This document shows, one piece after another, positions 6,974-13,806 of a stretch of 13,806 nt of DNA. Within the stretch, counting starts at the first letter, position 1. The number at the start of each line of letters is the position of its first letter. The notes under the pieces were generated by a model. It saw only the letters and a program-made list of their open reading frames with translations, was not told where the DNA came from and did no database searches. The DNA comes from a virus (Duplodnaviria; Heunggongvirae; Uroviricota; Caudoviricetes), in IMG/VR virus record IMGVR_UViG_3300021426_000008; one strand, given 5' to 3'. The translations under genes were made by a program, and so were the position numbers.

Positions 6974-7246
6974 ATGGACGCCATTAAATTATTAAATAGC
7001 CTTGAAAAGGGTATGCCCCTAGTAGTAACAACAACCTGGCAAGGCTTAACAATGAGAAAAGTCAGTATATATGGAGGGACTGACGGAATAGGCAAATATA
7101 CCTTCATAGACGACAGTGGAATATATCAATTAACAACAGGATACATAAAAGAGCATTGTAATATCAGCCAAGAGCTAGACCAAGACACAGACCTATACGA
7201 AGTAGTACAATTATGTAATAAAATAATAAGAGAGGGGAGGGAGTAA
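6974..7246 (+). CDS. hypothetical protein, 90 aa
   Basis: RBS AAAGGAG, tight packing with neighbours, codon style like flanking genes. Confidence 0.75.
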   Translation: MDAIKLLNSLEKGMPLVVTTTWQGLTMRKVSIYGGTDGIGKYTFIDDSGIYQLTTGYIKEHCNISQELDQDTDLYEVVQLCNKIIREGRE

Positions 7247-7249
7247 ACT

Positions 7250-7522
7250 ATGGACTATTTATATGACCTAGAGCCACAATACGACAGTCGCAAATCATTC
7301 TATGGAAAAGCTAAAGTATACAAAGACGACAAAGGACATTTGCTACTAATGAGTTATTCAACAATAGTCGCAGAAATCACAGACGGGATCGCAACAGAAG
7401 ACGGACGCCCAACAGTAAAAGTGAACGGCTATTATTCACCAACGACAGCTAGACATATCAACGACTTCCTATATCAACACGGCTTCAAAACAATGTGCAA
7501 AAAGGAAATGGAAAGTAACTAA
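7250..7522 (+). CDS. conserved phage hypothetical protein, 90 aa
   Basis: DSRKSFYGKA...L.SY.TIVA.I...YS.TT.RHI.DFL.Q is a motif string I recognise from small phage proteins of unknown function. Confidence 0.75.
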   Translation: MDYLYDLEPQYDSRKSFYGKAKVYKDDKGHLLLMSYSTIVAEITDGIATEDGRPTVKVNGYYSPTTARHINDFLYQHGFKTMCKKEMESN

Positions 7523-7591
7523 TCAAGCAAGCCCTTAAAAATAGTATGAAACCAGGGCGAGATACTATCATATCCCAATAATAAAAAAACT

Positions 7592-7632
7592 AATGATAAA
7601 CTATTGACATACTACTAGAAAAGTAGTATAAT
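7592..7632 (+). promoter_or_regulatory. conserved early-type promoter, copy 2
   Basis: AATGATA-aac-TA-TTGACA (7604-7609), 17 nt, TATAAT (7627-7632). Inverted repeat ATACTACT-N5-AGTAGTAT at 7609-7629. Confidence 0.9.
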
Positions 7633-7705
7633 AGAAAGTGAACGGTAATCAGACAAGCCGTAGGCTTTAATCTAACTGATACCGTGTAGAAAGGTAGGTA
7701 CATAT

Positions 7706-8632
7706 ATGAGTACAATGAAAATTGACGGTATTGACGTGCCAGAAATACGTCAAAGCGACTTCTATGCTTTATTAGAAGACGAAGAAAATACACTTGTCTT
7801 TGGTAACAAAGGTATAGGTAAATCTTCAATAGTTAGAAAGTTTGCAGAAGATAAAGGCAAGACATTATTAGTCTTTCCACTTGCTACAATGATACCAGAA
7901 TTTATTGGTGGTGTGCCATATGCACAAGTTAGCAGTGATAAAAAGACAGAATACTTTACATTATTATTAAATGAAGCACTAGCTCCAATGTTTAAAGTCA
8001 AAGGTAAAGACTATATATTATTCTTTGACGAAATCAACCAAGCTCCAACAGAAGTTATGAACTGTCTATACGGACCTTGCCATATCGACCCAAGTCAAAG
8101 AGAGTGGTGTGGTCATTCACTAGAGTTTGCACAAATAGTTGCAGCAGGTAACTTGAGTGACGGTACTGACGGTACAGTATACTTGAACGAACTTCCAGGA
8201 CCATTGCTAGACAGGTTTGACGTATTCCAATTAGTAAACAGCGACAAAGACGCAATGGACTACTTAAAGAAGAAATGGAAAAACATTCCACAAGTTGCCA
8301 AGTATATCAAAGCAATGCAAGACAGCAAGATAAATCCTAGAAATATGGACCACGTACTAAAAATGTTACAGTTTGAGAAAAACCCATTAAGATTAAGAGC
8401 TAAATTAGGCACAGCACTAACACAAAAGTTAGTAGATATGCAGAAAGGAATGAAGTCAATAGACCCAGCAGACTTAATTAAGAATGTAAGAACAGCTTAT
8501 GAGAGATTTCAAGAAGACGGAATAGTAGCGTGGGGGCCAGAGACAATATCAACAGAAGAAGAACTAATTGAGAAATTCAAAGAGATATTATCAGAGGAAG
8601 AAGTTGCAAGTATAGTAAAAGGAGGTAAATAA
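7706..8632 (+). CDS. MoxR-like AAA+ ATPase
   Basis: Walker A GNKGIGKS, helix-2 insert region PEFIGGVP, Walker B ILFFDEIN, sensor-1 IVAAGN, Arg finger PLLDRF, sensor-2-like NPRN. Confidence 0.88.
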   Translation: MSTMKIDGIDVPEIRQSDFYALLEDEENTLVFGNKGIGKSSIVRKFAEDKGKTLLVFPLATMIPEFIGGVPYAQVSSDKKTEYFTLLLNEALAPMFKVKGKDYILFFDEINQAPTEVMNCLYGPCHIDPSQREWCGHSLEFAQIVAAGNLSDGTDGTVYLNELPGPLLDRFDVFQLVNSDKDAMDYLKKKWKNIPQVAKYIKAMQDSKINPRNMDHVLKMLQFEKNPLRLRAKLGTALTQKLVDMQKGMKSIDPADLIKNVRTAYERFQEDGIVAWGPETISTEEELIEKFKEILSEEEVASIVKGGK

Positions 8633-8634
8633 TT

Positions 8635-10119
8635 ATGGTCAATCCATTCTTATCAAGCACACACTATGACACAGAGACAGCGATTATGCTAGAGAGAGCA
8701 TATGTAACAGACATAGGGAGAGCAGTTGCCTACACTGACGGCGACCGTATCTTCCTAAACACCCAAGATAATTTATTCAAGATACTACCAGCGTATGACG
8801 ACAATATGTTAAAGTGGTTATTGTGGCACGAAAGAATGCACCTAGAGTTAAAACACCACAACAGGTTTTTCAAATATGTTAGTGAGCTAAACGAAGAAGA
8901 TACTATCGACGAGTTCCACGTAACAAAAGACGAAGTCAATATTATAATGGACATATTAGTACACGACTGGATGTCTAATAAATTTCCAGAGCTAGTAGAA
9001 ACAGCAGTGAACAACCTAGCCCAATTCAGAGACAGAAACTCTTTATCATACACATTCAAACATTATACACTAGAGAAAATGCTAGACGAATACGCAAGAC
9101 ACAAACACGGAGAAGATGAAGACAAGAAAGAGGGCGAGGGAGAAGGAGACGACAGTAAAGAAACAGAAGAAAAAGAAGAAGACAGCAAATCAAAAGGTAA
9201 GGGCAAAGGCAAAGGAAAAGCAAAAGACAAAGAAGAAGACAAGCCAAAGGAAGACGAAGATAAAAAGAAAGAAGACAAAAAGAAGAAACCAAGTACAGAG
9301 AAAGCACACGCAGAAGGGGGACACGACAGCACCCCAAGAGAAAAAACAGGTAAAGATACTAGCGAAGTAGAAACAGAACCTGAAAGTGAACAACCTGAAC
9401 CTGAAGCACCTGGACATCACGACGAAACAGACTGGTCAAAGCTAGACGACATAGACAGTAAAGAGTTTATAACAGAAAGTGAAGGTAACAAATGGGTAGA
9501 AGAAATCAACAGATTAAAGAATGTTAAATTAAGACTAGCAAGAATAACAAAGACATTGAATGGTCTAGTAACAGATACTAAAGTAAGAAGTTATAAGACA
9601 CCAAGCTATATGCAGACAGGACAGCATACCATATTCAAAGGATCAAAGAAAGGCAGAGCAAGTTTATACTTATGTTTTGACGCAAGTGGTAGTATGGGTG
9701 GAGATATGGACACATTCAAAGAAATTATAGGCAAAGCAATTCCACAAGCACTAAAGACACCAACAGTATGGTTTAGTGGGTGGGCATACAGAGACGAAGG
9801 CAGAGCAGTAATGAAACGTTGTGCAGACCCAGAAAGAGACGATTATTATAAAGGTACATTCGCAGACTTTATGAATATATCAGCAGACAATGGTTATTCA
9901 GACGACGGCGACAGGACGATTGAGCTATGCTTCAAAGCTGAACAGTTAGGATACAGTCCAATAGGAATAACAGACGGTGGTGGTAGAATATCGTGGTCAG
10001 TTGATATGATCAAACAACTAAAGAGAACAGTTTTAGTAGGACACAGCGAGGAGTGGCTAAAGGCCGTACAAAAAATAAATCCAAATATTCAAATTATCTA
10101 TACAGGAAGGGGGTATTAG
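8635..10119 (+). CDS. HEXXH metallopeptidase-like domain, charged linker and VWA domain (DUF2201-like)
   Basis: AYTDG..IFLN, LLWHERMHLELKH and VNIIMD in the N-domain; roughly 100-aa D/E/K-rich linker; MIDAS motif CFDASGSM and ITDG. Starts 2 nt after the ATPase stop. Confidence 0.85.
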   Translation: MVNPFLSSTHYDTETAIMLERAYVTDIGRAVAYTDGDRIFLNTQDNLFKILPAYDDNMLKWLLWHERMHLELKHHNRFFKYVSELNEEDTIDEFHVTKDEVNIIMDILVHDWMSNKFPELVETAVNNLAQFRDRNSLSYTFKHYTLEKMLDEYARHKHGEDEDKKEGEGEGDDSKETEEKEEDSKSKGKGKGKGKAKDKEEDKPKEDEDKKKEDKKKKPSTEKAHAEGGHDSTPREKTGKDTSEVETEPESEQPEPEAPGHHDETDWSKLDDIDSKEFITESEGNKWVEEINRLKNVKLRLARITKTLNGLVTDTKVRSYKTPSYMQTGQHTIFKGSKKGRASLYLCFDASGSMGGDMDTFKEIIGKAIPQALKTPTVWFSGWAYRDEGRAVMKRCADPERDDYYKGTFADFMNISADNGYSDDGDRTIELCFKAEQLGYSPIGITDGGGRISWSVDMIKQLKRTVLVGHSEEWLKAVQKINPNIQIIYTGRGY

Positions 10120-10120
10120 T

Positions 10121-10450
10121 ATGTATAGAGTAAACAAAGAAACAGGTACAAGTGAAAATGTGTACCTTCAAAACACAGACACAATGGCAGAGATTAACTT
10201 AGGAAGAATAACACCAGGACTATTAAGAATATTAGAAATTGACGGTTACAAATTTGACGACACAGACGGAGCAGTAACACTTAAAGAAAAATGGACACTA
10301 AAAGTAAGTGACGAAGTAAAAGAACAATTAAGAAAATTAGCAATGCCAATGAAGAAACCAATAAGAGACCAAAGAAAAGTTAAACAAGAAGAAAAGAAAG
10401 AAACAAAGCAACCAGTAGATATATTAGATATAATCTATGGGTTAGCGTAA
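10121..10450 (+). CDS. hypothetical protein, 109 aa
   Basis: Starts 1 nt after the VWA gene stop; RBS AAGGGG. Confidence 0.75.
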   Translation: MYRVNKETGTSENVYLQNTDTMAEINLGRITPGLLRILEIDGYKFDDTDGAVTLKEKWTLKVSDEVKEQLRKLAMPMKKPIRDQRKVKQEEKKETKQPVDILDIIYGLA

Positions 10451-10470
10451 TAGAAAGGTAGGAGATAGAA

Positions 10471-10881
10471 ATGAAAGAAATTAAAAGAATAAGAATCAAT
10501 AAGAACAGAGGCTGGAGAGGACTAGCAGAGCTAGTATGTGAAGACGAGGAAAGAAAGGTAGTACATAAAATGATATTCAGTTTTAGCCAAGCAGTATGGA
10601 ATGATTTATTACAAGGGTACATAGTTATCCAAGACGAAGACAATTATTTTATTCTAAACTTCGACAACACTGAAAGTCTACCAAAGCCAACACAACAACG
10701 CAGTGTTTTAATCAAATCATTCCTTGCAACAGTAGTGAACATTACAGCACATCCAAAGAATGAGCCACTAGATGTACTATCAGATGATTATGACAGAATA
10801 TATAACTTCAAGAAAAACAGAAATAACCATACAACCAGTGACTGGAATTGTATAGGTGTAAGAGTAATACCAGAAATATAA
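10471..10881 (+). CDS. hypothetical protein, 136 aa
   Basis: RBS AGAAAGGTAGGAG; same codon style as upstream genes. Confidence 0.75.
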   Translation: MKEIKRIRINKNRGWRGLAELVCEDEERKVVHKMIFSFSQAVWNDLLQGYIVIQDEDNYFILNFDNTESLPKPTQQRSVLIKSFLATVVNITAHPKNEPLDVLSDDYDRIYNFKKNRNNHTTSDWNCIGVRVIPEI

Positions 10882-10894
10882 AGGGGGTAATGAT

Positions 10895-11287
10895 ATGAGA
10901 ATAGCAAAGAAAGATATTGAAAGATTAACTTATGTAGAGAATGCACTATCAAAACGTGACGATCATTTAGCGAAGGTTGTTCACAATGTGCTTCACGAAC
11001 TTAATCCTGAATTTATATTTATAATCCAGGAAGAAGGTTGCTGGGATGGTGAGCTAATCCATCACACAGAAGCATACGCTTCCTTCGGGGACGCACTGAA
11101 CAGTTTTAAGAATTTAGCCAGGTCAGCAGGACTTGATATGAGGGAGTGGGTTCGCGACCCCAGCAAACTAGAAGAAAGTGAACAGATTGATGAGGAGACT
11201 CAAACAGCAAGTTACAAGGTATGCAACATAGACAATGAAATATATTTTCACGATACTATAACAATAACTAAAAAGGAGGTGGTGTAA
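10895..11287 (+). CDS. hypothetical protein, 130 aa
   Basis: RBS AAGGGGG; coupled to the next gene. Confidence 0.7.
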   Translation: MRIAKKDIERLTYVENALSKRDDHLAKVVHNVLHELNPEFIFIIQEEGCWDGELIHHTEAYASFGDALNSFKNLARSAGLDMREWVRDPSKLEESEQIDEETQTASYKVCNIDNEIYFHDTITITKKEVV

Positions 11288-11288
11288 T

Positions 11289-11810
11289 ATGCCAAACCAC
11301 GTAATGAATAAATGGAAGATTTCACACATACCACAAGATAAACTTCAATATATATTAGATAAGTTGACAATGATTACAGAAGAAGGAGATAGAATAATAG
11401 ATTTCGATTTAATTATACCAGAGCCTAGACTCAAAAAAGATTGTCCAGCAGACTGTATAGTGAACAAGGACAGCCACGTAGCAGAAGTAAAAGACAGACC
11501 TTGGTTTGACTGGTATGCTTGGAGAAACAAATACTGGAATACAAAGTGGGGTGCATACGACGGATACACATACACAGGTAAGACATATATAATAATGTAC
11601 TTTCAAACAGCTTGGTCATTTGCAGGACCAGTAGCAATGAAGCTCGCTGAACTAGGATACGATTTAGATTTACAATACGCAGACGAGGACTGGGGTGCAA
11701 ACTGTGGCCGATTACAATATAATGCAAAAACAAAAGAATGGACACGCTGGAGTATGGATGAACTAAAACCAAACCCAGCAGCGTGGGCAAAGAGACTCTG
11801 GGAAGGATAA
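11289..11810 (+). CDS. DUF1281/YubB (Api92-like) ferredoxin-like-domain protein
   Basis: MPNHV.N, DFDLIIPEP, WYAWRNKYWNTKWGA, FQTAWS and YADEDWGANCG are characteristic of this family. Confidence 0.75.
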   Translation: MPNHVMNKWKISHIPQDKLQYILDKLTMITEEGDRIIDFDLIIPEPRLKKDCPADCIVNKDSHVAEVKDRPWFDWYAWRNKYWNTKWGAYDGYTYTGKTYIIMYFQTAWSFAGPVAMKLAELGYDLDLQYADEDWGANCGRLQYNAKTKEWTRWSMDELKPNPAAWAKRLWEG

Positions 11811-11863
11811 GAAAGGAGTGAAGTAAAGTGAACAGGATTACATCACCTGGAATGCCAGGTATG

Positions 11864-11904
11864 AATGATACAGTATTGACATACTACAATAAATATGATA
11901 TAAT
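11864..11904 (+). promoter_or_regulatory. conserved early-type promoter, copy 3
   Basis: AATGATA-cag-TA-TTGACA (11876-11881), 17 nt, TATAAT (11899-11904) with extended -10 TG. Confidence 0.9.
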
Positions 11905-11928
11905 ATATGGAAGAAAGGAGGAATTGGT

Positions 11929-12804
11929 ATGTTTGAAAAGATAGTAGGACAAGACAGAGCCAAGAGAGCAATAACAGACTGGTACAACTATGAAACACAA
12001 CCATTACTAATCTATGGTACATCAGGATATGGTAAGACAATGTTTGCTGAAAGTTTAGGAGCAAAGACAGTTGATACGACTCAAATGAGAGGGGACAGAT
12101 TGAACAGTATGTTGAAGCCAATCAAAGAAGCTGAAGACGGGGACATATTATTCTTCGACGAGATACACAGTCTTCAACCAAAGGTACTTGAAGGACTTTA
12201 CAAGATAATTGATAAGGGTACATTTTACGATACAGACTTATGTATGGACTTAGAATTACCAAAGGCAAGGTTTGTATTCGCAACAAATATATTAAGCCCT
12301 TTACCAGAAGCATTTGTTAATCGTTGTAAATTTGTAGAGCTTCAAAACTATACTGAGGACGAATTAAAACAAATCGTACACAATGTTAATCCAGACCTAG
12401 ACGAAGAAGCATTACCAAGCATTGTAAGGGCGGCTAAAGGAGTACCTCGTACAGCATTATCTCTTGCCAAATCTATGAAGTCAGCAATTAAATCAGAAAA
12501 ATTAAAAACAGCAGGTGAAGCAGAAGTGAACAGTCTTCTAGACTCAAGGTTTGCTATAAACGGAGCAACTGGTTTAAGTGATAAAGAATTTCTAATAATG
12601 CAAAGAGTAGCGGAGCGAGGAAGATTATCAACAAGTGCAGTAGCCAATGTATTAGGGTGCAGTATTCACGACGCAAAGCAATTATATATCGAACCATTAA
12701 GAGCGAGTGAATGGTTAGCCGTATCTAATCAAGGTGTGATTATGGGCTACAAAGGACATAAAAATTATAGACTGTTTGTTACTAAAAAAGACGGGGAAGC
12801 CTAG
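11929..12804 (+). CDS. ruvB: RuvB-like AAA+ ATPase (Holliday junction helicase subunit homolog)
   Basis: Colinear with RuvB: FEKIVGQ, GTSGYGKT, DGDILFFDEIHSL, FVFATN, FVNRC, YTEDELKQIV, KGVPRTA, GLSDKE and YIEPL (winged-helix domain III). Confidence 0.8.
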   Translation: MFEKIVGQDRAKRAITDWYNYETQPLLIYGTSGYGKTMFAESLGAKTVDTTQMRGDRLNSMLKPIKEAEDGDILFFDEIHSLQPKVLEGLYKIIDKGTFYDTDLCMDLELPKARFVFATNILSPLPEAFVNRCKFVELQNYTEDELKQIVHNVNPDLDEEALPSIVRAAKGVPRTALSLAKSMKSAIKSEKLKTAGEAEVNSLLDSRFAINGATGLSDKEFLIMQRVAERGRLSTSAVANVLGCSIHDAKQLYIEPLRASEWLAVSNQGVIMGYKGHKNYRLFVTKKDGEA

Positions 12805-12819
12805 AGCTTCCTTCTTTTT
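12793..12819 (+). terminator. intrinsic terminator after the RuvB-like gene
   Basis: GGAAGC-CTAGA-GCTTCC followed by TTCTTTTT. Confidence 0.8.
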
Positions 12820-12934
12820 GAGCCTATGCCCAGAACAAATGTTCTTATATGTGTGTCGCGTGTGTGGGTATTTTACCCCGGCGTGTGTTGATTTTACCCC
12901 CGCTGTTCACATTTTATAAAGGAGGTGATAAAAA

Positions 12935-13405
12935 ATGTGGAAGAAAATTAAAGATTTTGAAAATTACGAAATCAATGAAAAAGGTCAGGTGCGACGAAAT
13001 TCAAAAATATTAAAACCAGAGATTAGAACTGGCTATTATTCAGTTGAGTTATCCAAAAATGGAAAACGTGTTCACAAGAGGATACACAGACTCGTAGCTG
13101 AGACATTCATTCCTAATCCAGATAATTTATCGCAAGTAAATCACAAAGATGAAAATAAACTGAACAACTGTATATCCAACCTAGAATGGTGTGATAATAC
13201 ATATAATTCACAGTACCCAGAAAACAAATCTGTATATTGTTTAGATTTAGATAAATTTTATAAATCAGCTAGCGAAGCGTCTGTTCACACTGGAGTATCC
13301 AGAACCAGCATAGTAAAATGCTGTCGTGGACAACTTCAATCAGCAGGTGGTATGTTATGGTGCTATGCAAAAGACAAAGCCCCCAAAAGTGTGCCACGTA
13401 ACTGA
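12935..13405 (+). CDS. free-standing NUMOD4-HNH homing endonuclease with NUMOD1-like C-terminus
   Basis: MWKKIKDFENYEINEKGQVR (NUMOD4); HRLVAETFIPNP...VNHKDENKLNNCISNLEWC (HNH); FYKSASEAS...IVKCCRG...AGGMLW (HTH). Confidence 0.92.
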   Translation: MWKKIKDFENYEINEKGQVRRNSKILKPEIRTGYYSVELSKNGKRVHKRIHRLVAETFIPNPDNLSQVNHKDENKLNNCISNLEWCDNTYNSQYPENKSVYCLDLDKFYKSASEASVHTGVSRTSIVKCCRGQLQSAGGMLWCYAKDKAPKSVPRN

Positions 13406-13498
13406 ATTTTACCCCTGTATAATTGAATTTTCTGTCAGCGTTGTTCACTTTCGACAACAGGTTTCTTGGTGTTGAGAATGAATTTTTTAGGCTCTCTG

Positions 13499-13800
13499 TT
13501 GCTTTGCTTTCTAGGCGTTGCTCTGCTAAAAATTGTTTATAAAAAAGCAAATCAACAGGCTAATTTTTATTTTAGCAGCAATACGTCCAGGTTTTCTGTT
13601 CAGTTGAATGATACGGTGTTAAATAAAAGCAGAGCAATCGCAGAGCAACGGGGTCTATCCTTACTCTATCAACAATGATATACTGTGATGTTGCTCTGCT
13701 GTTGATAAATCTATTATTAGTATATATTTTTTAGTAGATAGATAAAGTCAGTAATGTGTAAAAATATATATAAAACAGAGAAAACGGAAAGCAAATCAAC
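13499..13800. repeat. non-coding region with dispersed direct and inverted 9-13 bp repeats
   Basis: TTGCTCTGC at 13518 and 13691, variant TTGCTTTGC at 13499, reverse complement GCAGAGCAA at 13629 and 13640. AAAGCAAATCAAC at 13544 and 13788. Confidence 0.7.
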
Positions 13801-13806
13801 GCAATC

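Noticed and set aside
7590..12647. Numerous minus-strand ORFs and the Lys-rich +frame ORF 9116-9370
   Set aside because: By-products of strong purine/A bias on the coding strand, which leaves few stops in other frames; no RBS or domain evidence.
13269..13678. ORFs 13269-13550 (-) and 13466-13678 (+)
   Set aside because: No RBS, atypical composition, and they overlap the HNH gene or the repeat array.
13499..13800. CRISPR array
   Set aside because: Repeats are 9-13 bp, irregularly spaced and in mixed orientation.
12820..13806. Group I intron hosting the HNH gene
   Set aside because: No interrupted gene flanks it, and I could not find the conserved P7 or J-segment motifs; the HNH gene has its own strong RBS.

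Overview
AT-rich tailed-phage DNA, probably from a Bacillota (Firmicutes) host, judged from strong AGGAGG-type RBSs, consensus TTGACA-17-TATAAT promoters and a GH25/Cpl-7 endolysin. Two arms diverge from a control region at about 5720-6170. The minus-strand arm runs SPP1-type portal, scaffold-like protein, Zn-ribbon protein, hypothetical, holin, 36-aa ORF, endolysin, membrane HEXXH protein, 55-aa ORF, dUTPase (cut off at the window edge). No terminase precedes the portal and no major capsid gene follows the scaffold. The plus-strand arm looks like an early/accessory region driven by three copies of one conserved ~41-bp promoter. These head (1) a PII-like/DUF3574-like protein carrying the motif pattern of phage SAM lyases, plus small ORFs; (2) a MoxR AAA+ ATPase and HEXXH-metallopeptidase/VWA operon ending in a DUF1281/YubB-like gene; (3) a stand-alone RuvB homolog with no RuvA or RuvC. 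A NUMOD4-HNH endonuclease gene and a repeat-rich non-coding end follow. Further signals are a candidate structured RNA opposite the portal gene and strong CATG/GATC avoidance. All family calls come from motif recognition by eye, not database searches.
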